A stretch of DNA of 20,000 nucleotides, from IMG/VR virus record IMGVR_UViG_3300032605_001371. One strand, 5' to 3'. Source of the stretch: an uncultured virus (IMG/VR IMGVR_UViG_3300032605_001371). Taxonomy: Duplodnaviria; Heunggongvirae; Uroviricota; Caudoviricetes. The position numbers and the translations under genes were made by a program. Below the pieces are notes generated by a model. It was not told where the DNA came from, did not search any database, and saw only the letters and a list, made by a program, of their open reading frames with translations. Positions 7,410 through 15,563 of the stretch are shown piece after piece; positions within the stretch are counted from its first letter, which is position 1; every line of letters starts with the position of its first letter.

Positions 7410-9088
7410 TGGCATATGTCGATGCAGTATTAGATTCCAACGCAGATCGAATCCACGTTGTAGAACGTACTCCTGAAGGTAAACGTGCATACAAAGAGTT
7501 CCCTACGAACTACGTAATGTACTATGCTGATCCTAAAGGAAAGTATCGTTCTATTTACGGTGATCCGCTGTCTCGGTTCTCTACTCGTAAACGTAGCGAA
7601 TTCGAGAAGGAACGCAGAATACATAGTAACAAAAAACTATTTGAGAGCGACGTTAACGTAGTATTTAGGTGTTTGGCTGATAACTACCTTAATGCTGAAC
7701 CACCAAAGCTTCATACTTGCTTTTTCGACATTGAAGTGGACTTTGATCCTGAGCGAGGATTTAGTCCTACTAGTGATCCGTTCAATCCAGTAACTGCAAT
7801 CTCAATGTATCTAGATTGGCTTGATCAACTGATTACGTTGGTCATGCCACCTAAGCACATGACAGATGAAACTGCGCAAGAGTTAACTAAAGATTTTCCA
7901 AACTGCTTTCTGTTTCGTTCTGAAATAGAGATGTTTGAAACCTTCTTTGAGTTGATCGAAGATGCTGACATTCTAACTGGCTGGAACTCAGAGGGATACG
8001 ACATTCCGTATACGGTTAATCGCGTTACTAGAATCATGTCTAAAAACGATACTCGTAAGTTTTGTCTGCTGGGGAAACTCCCTAAGACTCGTACCTATGA
8101 ACGTTTCGGCAAGGAAGAAGAAACATACGATCTAGTTGGTAGAATTCATATGGACTACCTTCAACTGTATAAGAAGTACAACTACGAGTCTCGTCATAGT
8201 TATTCTCTTGATGCTATCGGTGAGATGGAAGTAGGTGAACGTAAAACTCAGTACGAAGGCAGTTTGGATCAGTTATACAATCAGGACTTTAAAACGTTCG
8301 TGGAGTATAACAGACAAGACACGATGCTTATGGTTAAAATTCACAATAAGCTAAAGTTCCTTGATCTTGCTAACGCACTAGCACACGAGAATAGCGTACT
8401 TCTTCCGACAGTTATGGGTTCGGTGCAGATGATCGAAATGGCTATCTTCAATGAAGCTCACGCACGTGGAATGATCGTACCTAACAAGAAGCCCAAAGAA
8501 GATACTGGGTTTCCGGCAGCTGGTGCGTTTGTTGCTATTCCTAAACAAGGAATGCACGAATATCCTGGTGCAGTTGACATCAACTCTCTGTATCCGTCTG
8601 ACATTCGAGCGCTGAACATGTCTCCGGAAACCATCATAGGTCAAGTTCGTCAAACACTGACTGACCAATACATGCACGAAAAGAGCATGAGATTGGCTTC
8701 TGAAAAGAAGAACAAGAAGAAGAAAAAGTTCGGAGATGACAGCGAGGAAGAAGGCGTCATTGGTGCAATTCTGTGGGAAGGATTGTTTGGCTCAATTGAG
8801 TATACAGCAATCATGAATCAAGAACGCGGAACTACCCTTTGGATAGACTATGAAGATGGTAGAAGTGTACAAATGTCTGCTGCTGAAATTTGGAAGATGA
8901 TCTTCGACAGTAACAGACCATGGATCCTTTCAGCAAATGGTACCATCTTTACTTACGAAAAAGAAGGAGTGATTCCAGGACTACTTTCTCGGTGGTATAC
9001 TGAACGTAAAAAACTTCAGAAAAAACAATACGCAGTTAGAGAAATACTCTATGGTAAATCTTTACCTGATGATTTTTTTACCGATTGA
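7409..9088 (+). CDS. polB: Family B DNA polymerase, N-terminal part (3'-5' exonuclease, palm motif A, first fingers helix)
   Basis: ExoI FFDIEVD, ExoII GWNSEGYDIPY, ExoIII YNRQD, motif A VDINSLYPS…NMSPET, GVIPGLLSRWYTERKKLQK; ends before motif B. Confidence 0.93.
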   Translation: MAYVDAVLDSNADRIHVVERTPEGKRAYKEFPTNYVMYYADPKGKYRSIYGDPLSRFSTRKRSEFEKERRIHSNKKLFESDVNVVFRCLADNYLNAEPPKLHTCFFDIEVDFDPERGFSPTSDPFNPVTAISMYLDWLDQLITLVMPPKHMTDETAQELTKDFPNCFLFRSEIEMFETFFELIEDADILTGWNSEGYDIPYTVNRVTRIMSKNDTRKFCLLGKLPKTRTYERFGKEEETYDLVGRIHMDYLQLYKKYNYESRHSYSLDAIGEMEVGERKTQYEGSLDQLYNQDFKTFVEYNRQDTMLMVKIHNKLKFLDLANALAHENSVLLPTVMGSVQMIEMAIFNEAHARGMIVPNKKPKEDTGFPAAGAFVAIPKQGMHEYPGAVDINSLYPSDIRALNMSPETIIGQVRQTLTDQYMHEKSMRLASEKKNKKKKKFGDDSEEEGVIGAILWEGLFGSIEYTAIMNQERGTTLWIDYEDGRSVQMSAAEIWKMIFDSNRPWILSANGTIFTYEKEGVIPGLLSRWYTERKKLQKKQYAVREILYGKSLPDDFFTD

Positions 9089-9948
9089 ATCCTACTTTCC
9101 ATTATGCCATTAGTATGCGAAATGATTGCATCCTTGCTGCCGAAGATAAAGGAGAAATCAAGGTTAGTGTCTGATAAGCGCAATATTGTATGTCCGCTTG
9201 CCAATGCCACGTTATTTTTTATTAAATCTCGATTTATTTGTCTTTTAGATGTGTGCCAATATTCACCATCAACTTCTACTAGTAAATTTAGATTTGGTAA
9301 TAAGAAATCAAATAACCAACTACCCTTTTCAGTATGTATAGGATGCTGATGAATGTACAATATATCATTATTCTTGCAAAATTCAATAAACGACAATTCA
9401 ATAGAAGTATGTTTTTTAGGAGTATCGTTCTTAGACATGAATTCTACTCGTTTTTTACTCCTATTGCGTCGTTGGTTATCTGATAGATCAAGCTTTTTAC
9501 CCTTATTTCCGGAGCCGCCTAACCCAATGGTATTTCCTATCATTTTAGTAGACTGTTTGGCTCTTCTCTCCGCAGTCCACGGTTTCTGTTTCCATCCATT
9601 GGCTATTCTCTCTTCCATATTAATCTTGCTGACAACCTTCATGTATTCTTTATGTTCAGGTGTGTGGGTTCCCCAAGATACTCCGGTTCGTGCGGTTGAT
9701 AATTTTTGTTTATGTTCCTCTGTTTTTCGTTTACCAGTTAATGCGTTTCTTACTTTTTCTACACTAACTGGATCATGCATTGGGTTGTTATCTCTCGCGT
9801 GTTTTCCGTATGCATGCCTTAGCTCATCAGAAAATAAAACAGATCCTGGAAATTGCGCTAAGTATTCAGCCGTAGTTATATTGTGAGTTTTTAAATGACT
9901 ACTAGTCACTCGTTTCATTTCTTTGTTACAAATAGCACAATCCACCAT
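9049..9948 (-). CDS. Putative homing endonuclease: C2H2 zinc finger + NUMOD3-like repeats + DUF559/Vsr-like (EDxHD) nuclease
   Basis: CAIC…HLKTH finger; GKRKTEEHKQKLS, HTPEHKEYMK and WTAERRAKQS repeats; FDFLLPNLNLLVEVDGEYWH…RD nuclease motif; AAGGAG RBS on the minus strand (around 9957-9962). Confidence 0.85.
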   Translation of the reverse strand: MVDCAICNKEMKRVTSSHLKTHNITTAEYLAQFPGSVLFSDELRHAYGKHARDNNPMHDPVSVEKVRNALTGKRKTEEHKQKLSTARTGVSWGTHTPEHKEYMKVVSKINMEERIANGWKQKPWTAERRAKQSTKMIGNTIGLGGSGNKGKKLDLSDNQRRNRSKKRVEFMSKNDTPKKHTSIELSFIEFCKNNDILYIHQHPIHTEKGSWLFDFLLPNLNLLVEVDGEYWHTSKRQINRDLIKNNVALASGHTILRLSDTNLDFSFIFGSKDAIISHTNGIMESRIQSVKKSSGKDLP

Positions 9949-9977
9949 ATACGACTCTCCTTTAAAAAAGCACCATA

Positions 9978-9986
9978 TGTATTTAT
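9978..9986 (-). promoter_or_regulatory. Putative late promoter (ATAAATACA) driving endonuclease 1
   Basis: + strand reads TGTATTTAT, about 30 nt upstream of the minus-strand ATG; an identical 9-mer lies upstream of endonuclease 2. Confidence 0.6.
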
Positions 9987-10002
9987 CTTATAGAGCAAAA
10001 AT

Positions 10003-11247
10003 ATGAATCTAACGAAAATTATATTGGAATACGATACTAATAAAGTGAATGATTTTATTCAAAACAAAGACAAAATTGGTCTTGTTGAATACATAACTGG
10101 TTTCGGATTAGAAATACGAGACCGCTCCATTCATCCAATGGAAGCATATAAATCAGTTTGGGGGTTAGCAATGGAGTATTGGGACAAACGACAGTTAGTA
10201 AAAAAAATTCTCTTGAACTCTACATATGGATCCATTTTGAACGAATATTGCAGGTTTTATGATAAGCGGATCGGACAGTCAGTTACTTTGTCTGGTCGTC
10301 AAATTGTTAGGCACATGATGAGCCAGATCAATGAAATCATTGCAGGTGAATACACTCACGAAGGTGAGGCGATCATCTACGGTGATACTGACTCCTGCTA
10401 CTTCACTGCATATTCTATATTAAAAGATAGAATCGAACAAGGTGAAATAGAATGGAACAAGGAAGTTTGCATCGAACTGTACGACAACATCGCAGAGCAA
10501 ACTAACGCTAGCTTTCCTGCTTTCATGGAGAAAGCGTTCCATTGTCCCCGCAAGAACGGTGAGGTCATCAAAGCTGGTAGAGAATTGATCGGTGATCGTT
10601 CTATCTTTATTACAAAGAAGCGTTACGCAATCAACATCTTCGACAAAGAAGGTAAACGCAAGGATAAGGAAGGTAAATTAGGTGAAATCAAAGCTATGGG
10701 TCTAGACCTAAAGCGTGCAGATACACCTAAGTACGTTCAGGAATTTCTTATGGAAATTCTTTGTATGGTAATTCAAGAGGGTAAGGGCCGAGACGAAGTG
10801 ATCGAAAAGATCAAAGAGTTTAAAAGAAAGCTTTCAGAACAAGACAGTTGGACTAAGGGTTCACCTAAATCAGTTAATAATTTGACAAATCATACCATTA
10901 AGTATGAGAGAACCGGTAAGTGCAGTGTTGGTCATGCTAAGGCCGCCATTCACTACAATCAACTGCGTAAGATGAATAGCGACCAGTACAGCCAAAAAAT
11001 TGTCGACGGCATGAAGGTTGTGGTGTGTACACTAAAATCAAATCCCTTAGGTATTACTTCAATCGCATATCCCACCGATGAATTACGACTTCCAAAATGG
11101 TTCCTAGAACTACCATTCGATGATCTTGATATGGAACGTAAACTAGTGGATGAAAAGATAGACAACCTGTTAGGTGTGTTAGATTGGAAAATCAGATATG
11201 ACACCAATACTAATAGTACATTTAGTTCGTTGTTTACTTTCGGCTAA
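10003..11247 (+). CDS. polB: Family B DNA polymerase, C-terminal part (second fingers helix/motif B, motif C, thumb)
   Basis: WDKRQLVKKILLNSTYG (motif B KxxxNSxYG), IYGDTDS (motif C), KKRYA, KAMGLDLKRADTP; preceded by about 55 aa not recognisable as core polymerase. Confidence 0.93.
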   Translation: MNLTKIILEYDTNKVNDFIQNKDKIGLVEYITGFGLEIRDRSIHPMEAYKSVWGLAMEYWDKRQLVKKILLNSTYGSILNEYCRFYDKRIGQSVTLSGRQIVRHMMSQINEIIAGEYTHEGEAIIYGDTDSCYFTAYSILKDRIEQGEIEWNKEVCIELYDNIAEQTNASFPAFMEKAFHCPRKNGEVIKAGRELIGDRSIFITKKRYAINIFDKEGKRKDKEGKLGEIKAMGLDLKRADTPKYVQEFLMEILCMVIQEGKGRDEVIEKIKEFKRKLSEQDSWTKGSPKSVNNLTNHTIKYERTGKCSVGHAKAAIHYNQLRKMNSDQYSQKIVDGMKVVVCTLKSNPLGITSIAYPTDELRLPKWFLELPFDDLDMERKLVDEKIDNLLGVLDWKIRYDTNTNSTFSSLFTFG

Positions 11248-11255
11248 CAGTATAG

Positions 11256-11284
11256 TTGACTTTCGTAAAGAATTCCACTATTAT
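11256..11284 (+). promoter_or_regulatory. Sigma70-like promoter, followed by a CTAAATA late-type motif at 11300-11306
   Basis: TTGACT-17 bp-TATTAT in the intergenic gap; AAAGGA RBS before ATG 11323. Confidence 0.6.
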
Positions 11285-11322
11285 AAACAAAATAAAGACC
11301 TAAATACATTAAAGGAAAACAC

Positions 11323-12054
11323 ATGAAAGATTACTTAGTTGATCTGATCCAACACACGCAAGGACTCGGTGTAGTCGAGCTTATAAAGGTTGTGGGTACA
11401 GACACAGAAACAAAAATTGCAGGATTGGCGACTGACAGATCGCTTATTCTGTTTGGTGATTTCAAGAATCCGATCCCAGAATTCAAAGGCACGTTTGGTA
11501 TGCCTAACTTGTCTAAGCTAAAGACTATTTTAGGATTCGAGGATTATGATGACACTTCAACTATAAACCTTGTACGCGAAACATACGATGGACAAGATCA
11601 TCCTGCATCAATTCACTTTGAAACTAGTAATGGTGACTTTGTTAATGACTACCGACTGATGGCTAAGTCTGTCATAGAAGCTACTGTTGCTCCAGTTAAG
11701 TTCAACGGAGCAACTTGGGATATCACGTTTGAGCCTACAAACGCCGGCATTCAACGTCTTAAGAAGCAAGCACAGGCTAACAGTGAAGAAGTAAACTTCT
11801 CAACGAAGGTCGAAAACAACGAACTCAAGTTTTTCTTTGGTGACAAGTCGTCTCACTCTGGTAACTTTGTGTTCCAAACTAACATTACCGGAAAGCTAAC
11901 AAAAGTTTGGAATTTGCCGGTAAAGGTGTTCTTGTCCGTATTAGACTTAGACGGTGACAAGACCATCAGAATGTCTGATCAGGGCGTTGCAGAGATTGTC
12001 GTTGATAGTGGTCTGGCAGTATATCGCTATATGATTCCTTGTCAGGGAAAGTAA
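11323..12054 (+). CDS. Probable DNA polymerase sliding clamp (gp45/PCNA-like)
   Basis: 243 aa, directly after polB, with a two-domain beta-alpha-beta pattern; ends …IRMSDQGVAEIVVDSGLAVYRYMIP like clamp C-termini. Inferred from size, context and pattern. Confidence 0.55.
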   Translation: MKDYLVDLIQHTQGLGVVELIKVVGTDTETKIAGLATDRSLILFGDFKNPIPEFKGTFGMPNLSKLKTILGFEDYDDTSTINLVRETYDGQDHPASIHFETSNGDFVNDYRLMAKSVIEATVAPVKFNGATWDITFEPTNAGIQRLKKQAQANSEEVNFSTKVENNELKFFFGDKSSHSGNFVFQTNITGKLTKVWNLPVKVFLSVLDLDGDKTIRMSDQGVAEIVVDSGLAVYRYMIPCQGK

Positions 12055-12423
12055 ATGATTAAGAGCATCTACGGAGGACAGGGAATTATTGTTAATGGAG
12101 GGATGCCTTCGGTACCCTACATCAACATGAGCAACCAGAGTGCTGGCATGGTAAGATTTAACGGCACCATCCAATCATTGGAAGTAGATGACGGTTCTAC
12201 TTGGTATGGTATTAATAATACTGCGAGCATGGAACTTTCTCCGGAAGTTGTATCGATCTTAGCTTGGGCAAGAAATAAACAGCAGGAAGAAAAAGACCTG
12301 CTTAATCTTTCTGAAACGAATGCTACTATCCGTGATCTGGTTGATCAAATTAAAGAAAAACAAAAACAAATTGAAGTCGTTAAGATATTGATTAAAGAAG
12401 AAGCTAAACTTGGAACAAATTAA
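12055..12423 (+). CDS. Hypothetical phage protein
   Basis: 122-aa ORF, translationally coupled on both sides; GMVRFNG…LEVDDGSTW motif and a C-terminal coiled coil. Confidence 0.65.
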   Translation: MIKSIYGGQGIIVNGGMPSVPYINMSNQSAGMVRFNGTIQSLEVDDGSTWYGINNTASMELSPEVVSILAWARNKQQEEKDLLNLSETNATIRDLVDQIKEKQKQIEVVKILIKEEAKLGTN

Positions 12424-13960
12424 CTTATCAAACGCACACCAGTCAGACTGGGCTTTGTTCCTGCCGGCAGTATCGTCATTTTTTATTGCTGGTTTAGGTA
12501 AACAACGTGAGGGTGAAAACTATTTTGATTCGGCTAGAATACCTGTTGGATTAAACGGTAATGTTGAAAAGCTAAATTTTCTGAACGAAAAAGAAGGACT
12601 GTACACTTACAAGTGGGGCCTGTATTCAGCTGGTCACGCTAATCTAGACATTACGAAGAATGATCACAATGAGAGCATCATTCGTAAGCGTGATCGTAAA
12701 AATACATTCATGTTAGGTGATTCTGGTGGATTCCAAATTCTAAAGTGTCAATGGCCCGCTGACTGGAAAGATCCTAACTGCCCGAAGGCCATGAAGAAAC
12801 GCACTGAGGTTTTGAAGTGGATGGACGAGTACATGGACTACGGTATGTGTCTCGACATTCCTTCACAGTCGCTTACTACATATCATATCAAAGACCCCAA
12901 AACGGGTAAGTCCGTGCACGGCATTCGAACCATTGAGGACGCTATTGCTGCTACTCATATTAACAATGAGTATTTCATTGCTAATCGTGATGGCCGTTGT
13001 AAGTTTCTAAACGTTCTACAAGGACGTAATCATAAACAGTCTGATGATTGGTATGAAGAAATGAAGAAGTATTGCGATCCTAATATTTACCCAGACAATC
13101 ATTTCAACGGATGGGCGTTTGGTGGTCAAACAAAGATCGACGTGCATCTGATGCTAAAGCGTATGGTTAACATCATTCATGATGGTCTGCTTGAGCCAGG
13201 CAAACATGATCTTATTCACTGTTTGGGTACTTCTATTCTAGAATACGCTATTTTGTTCACCGATATTCAAAGAGCAATACGCAAGTATCACAATCCAAAT
13301 TTGCAAATCACGTTTGATTGTGCGTCTCCATTCTACGCGGCCGCAAAGGGGCTTGCGTATAACAACAATACGTTTAGACATAACACGAAGTGGACGTATT
13401 CGATGGAAAAAACTGCTGAAAACAAAAATTATGCGACTGATACTCGCAAGTTCAAAGATGCGGTTTTGGAAGACGGCATCCATAAAGTGTTTAGTGATAG
13501 CCCTGTAACTGATATAATGATGGTTAAGGATCTCTGTTACAGAGGACCAGGCTTTCTGGGGCAACACGGCAAAGAAACGAAGACCAGCTGGGACACTCTT
13601 AGTTATACATTGATGCAAGCACATAACGTATATCGGCACATTTATGCGGTACAAGAAGCCAATCGTAAATCAGACTCGGGTATTAATCCTAAAATGGTTT
13701 TGGACAAGTTTGATGGTACCACATTCGGTGATCTTATTGATAAGATTTTTTCTCTAAAGGATCGTGAGAAAAGCCTTGCAATGATTGATCAATATAATCT
13801 ATTCTGGCAGCAGATGAAGGCCGGACAAGGGTTTTCCGGAAAAAGGGCTACAAATGCTCTTTCAAAGTTTGAGGAGTGTTTTACTATAGAAGAACCTGAT
13901 CCTGAAATCGAAGAAGTTGTTGAAGATAGCGATGACGCTATGTTAGAAGTTTTAGAATAG
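12410..13960 (+). CDS. dpdA: tRNA-guanine transglycosylase-fold protein, probable DNA 7-deazaguanine transglycosylase (DpdA-like)
   Basis: TGT motifs LGDSGGFQ, CLDIP, NVLQG, GWAFGG, IHCLG, TFDCAS; TTG start; clusters with folE/queD/queE. Confidence 0.7.
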   Translation: MEQINLSNAHQSDWALFLPAVSSFFIAGLGKQREGENYFDSARIPVGLNGNVEKLNFLNEKEGLYTYKWGLYSAGHANLDITKNDHNESIIRKRDRKNTFMLGDSGGFQILKCQWPADWKDPNCPKAMKKRTEVLKWMDEYMDYGMCLDIPSQSLTTYHIKDPKTGKSVHGIRTIEDAIAATHINNEYFIANRDGRCKFLNVLQGRNHKQSDDWYEEMKKYCDPNIYPDNHFNGWAFGGQTKIDVHLMLKRMVNIIHDGLLEPGKHDLIHCLGTSILEYAILFTDIQRAIRKYHNPNLQITFDCASPFYAAAKGLAYNNNTFRHNTKWTYSMEKTAENKNYATDTRKFKDAVLEDGIHKVFSDSPVTDIMMVKDLCYRGPGFLGQHGKETKTSWDTLSYTLMQAHNVYRHIYAVQEANRKSDSGINPKMVLDKFDGTTFGDLIDKIFSLKDREKSLAMIDQYNLFWQQMKAGQGFSGKRATNALSKFEECFTIEEPDPEIEEVVEDSDDAMLEVLE

Positions 13961-13973
13961 TTATCCAAATAGG

Positions 13974-14001
13974 TTGAAATTATATACACAAACGTTAAAA
14001 T
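13974..14001 (+). promoter_or_regulatory. Possible sigma70-like promoter
   Basis: TTGAAA-16 bp-TAAAAT upstream of GGAG RBS and ATG 14027. Confidence 0.4.
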
Positions 14002-14026
14002 AAATCTTAAGCAGTGGAGTATAAAA

Positions 14027-14221
14027 ATGAACTTGACCAGCAAAATTAATCTTCTGCAAGTCGAACTGGATTTGCTAACTGAACAAATTGCCAATGAAAC
14101 AAAAGAGCCGGTGCGAAAAATTCTGGCTATGCAACGTATACATACCTTTGAAGAACTTCGGGCAGCTAAGCGCTTGCAAGAACGTCAAATGTCTGATATT
14201 ATTGAATATAATGATTACTGA
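14027..14221 (+). CDS. Small hypothetical coiled-coil protein
   Basis: 64-aa ORF with GGAG RBS. Confidence 0.6.
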   Translation: MNLTSKINLLQVELDLLTEQIANETKEPVRKILAMQRIHTFEELRAAKRLQERQMSDIIEYNDY

Positions 14222-14228
14222 AGAAATA

Positions 14229-14675
14229 ATGAATACTAATAATTTACCCGAACAAGCTATTCAGGCTCTAGCCGATCAACGAAATAGAATCTCCGCAAGG
14301 GCAAAGCGTAAAGTGTGGGTGACCTTTCAACGCGAAGGCATTCATAGGTATCCTGCTGCTGAAGACGATCCCAACCTTAAGACTGGCGATGAATATGACG
14401 TTAGTTTTCTGGCACATCCTCACCGACATATCTTTCATTTTAAGGTGGCGATTGCGGTAGAGCATTCTAACCGAGCAATTGAATTTATACAATTCAAGCG
14501 TTGGTTGGAAAGTTTATACGGTAACGGCGTTTTGCAATTAGATTATAAATCTTGCGAAATGATAGCAGAAGATTTATATGAAGTTATTGCGTCTAAATAT
14601 CCTAACAGATATATTCAAATATCAGTGAGTGAAGACGGAGAAAATGGAGCAGAACTAACTTTTACCACAGCATAA
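14229..14675 (+). CDS. dpdL: QueD-paralogous T-fold protein, DpdL-like (putative 7-carboxy-7-deazaguanine decarboxylase)
   Basis: EGIHRYP…FLAHPHRHIFHFKV…IEFIQFK…SCEMIAE…ISVSEDGENGA. It has LxxxHRHxF in place of QueD's CxxxHGH, which I recall as the DpdL signature. Start placed at ATG 14229 rather than 14088. Confidence 0.65.
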   Translation: MNTNNLPEQAIQALADQRNRISARAKRKVWVTFQREGIHRYPAAEDDPNLKTGDEYDVSFLAHPHRHIFHFKVAIAVEHSNRAIEFIQFKRWLESLYGNGVLQLDYKSCEMIAEDLYEVIASKYPNRYIQISVSEDGENGAELTFTTA

Positions 14676-15382
14676 AGTTCTTCTTTAGTGATGGAACATT
14701 TTGTCCGTTTTGATCTATTATCGCTTTTTAATAACAGTTCTAGATTGGCAGCATGGCCTATAATTTCAGGTGGAATACTTTGTTTGAATCCCTCTGTAAT
14801 GCTAAATCGGTGATCTAGTTCGTATTCATTTCCTCTTTTTAGATTGTTCGGATTAATAATATGTTCTGCATACTTCCAGCTAGTATTAGTGAAATTAGTG
14901 ACTTGCTCTCTATATAATTCCCATTCTGTCTTGAGTTCTTTCGGTATAGAAATTCCACGTTCTATTTTTGTCAGTGTAGCTTTTTGATATGACTCAGGTG
15001 ATCTGTTTGATGCCCGCGATGATTGCATCTGTTTAGTATGAGAGGTATGTTTTTTATTGAACATCGGATTGCGTTCACCGGTATGTCCACCTCGTTGCTG
15101 CAAAGCATCAGAAATTTTCTTACCCTTTTCTTCTACCCAGTTAGGATCAGTATGCAGTTGCTGAAGTTTCTTATTCCCAACCTCACTCATCTTCTTCATG
15201 TGGACTCTCCTTTCCTCAGGAGTAATGTTTTTTTTCCTAGAAGATTCTGCCTTTGCGATGAAGCCCGGACATTGAGTAATTTTTTCTACACAACGGAAAA
15301 CCTTAGAATTTACACTTATCCATTTTGCTTGATTCCCGCAGTATACGCAAGTATAATTATGTTGCTCTTGAAGTTTAGGCAT
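14615..15382 (-). CDS. Putative HNH-type homing endonuclease with N-terminal Cys cluster and NUMOD3-like motif
   Basis: CVYC…C…C; GERNPMFNKKHTSHTKQMQS (NUMOD3-like); YELDHRFS…GHAANLELLLKSDNRSK (HNH-like DH…N…N). Confidence 0.8.
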   Translation of the reverse strand: MPKLQEQHNYTCVYCGNQAKWISVNSKVFRCVEKITQCPGFIAKAESSRKKNITPEERRVHMKKMSEVGNKKLQQLHTDPNWVEEKGKKISDALQQRGGHTGERNPMFNKKHTSHTKQMQSSRASNRSPESYQKATLTKIERGISIPKELKTEWELYREQVTNFTNTSWKYAEHIINPNNLKRGNEYELDHRFSITEGFKQSIPPEIIGHAANLELLLKSDNRSKRTKCSITKEELYAVVKVSSAPFSPSSLTDI

Positions 15383-15404
15383 AGTTCAATCTTTCTTTCA
15401 TCAT

Positions 15405-15413
15405 TGTATTTAT
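15405..15413 (-). promoter_or_regulatory. Putative late promoter (ATAAATACA) driving endonuclease 2
   Basis: + strand TGTATTTAT, 22 nt upstream of the minus-strand ATG at 15382. Confidence 0.6.
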
Positions 15414-15457
15414 GCCTAAACCTTTAAAGGAGACCAGTATGAGATAAAATTTTTAAC

Positions 15458-15553
15458 CCAAATCGTGATATTGAAATTACCGTTTCAGAAGACGGTGAAA
15501 ACGGTGCCACGATTTTCTATAATACTACTCAATCTCAACAACTCACCATCTAA
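15458..15553 (+). pseudogene. Orphaned second copy of the 3' end of the DpdL-like gene
   Basis: Translates PNRDIEITVSEDGENGATIFYNTTQSQQLTI*, versus PNRYIQISVSEDGENGAELTFTTA* at 14601-14675; no in-frame start codon (TGA at 15440). Confidence 0.85.
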
Positions 15554-15563
15554 GGAACTAAAA

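Noticed and set aside
9089..10002. Group I/II intron carrying the endonuclease
   Set aside because: Only about 55 nt of non-coding, AT-rich sequence flank the antisense ORF and no core pairings were recognisable. The same applies to the 14676-15457 insert. Not formally excluded without a covariance-model search.
9086..10006. TGA read-through or alternative genetic code joining the polB halves (the N-part frame continues through ORFs 9104-9349 and 9353-9886 with only TGA stops)
   Set aside because: The translated sequence looks like antisense shadow of the nuclease, never enters the frame of the C-part, and other genes (queD, ORF 14027) use TGA as a normal stop.
9000..10180. Split intein in polB
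   Set aside because: No Cys/Ser-initiated intein N-block after the extein and no His-Asn-(Cys/Ser/Thr) junction before motif B.
14088..14228. ORF-track N-terminal extension of the DpdL-like gene
   Set aside because: It overlaps the RBS-supported ORF 14027-14221 in another frame and looks non-protein-like; ATG 14229 (or 14211) is more plausible.
15465..15563. ORF-track N-terminal extension of the 15564 gene
   Set aside because: It is an off-frame reading of the orphaned DpdL-like C-terminus; the RBS supports ATG 15564.
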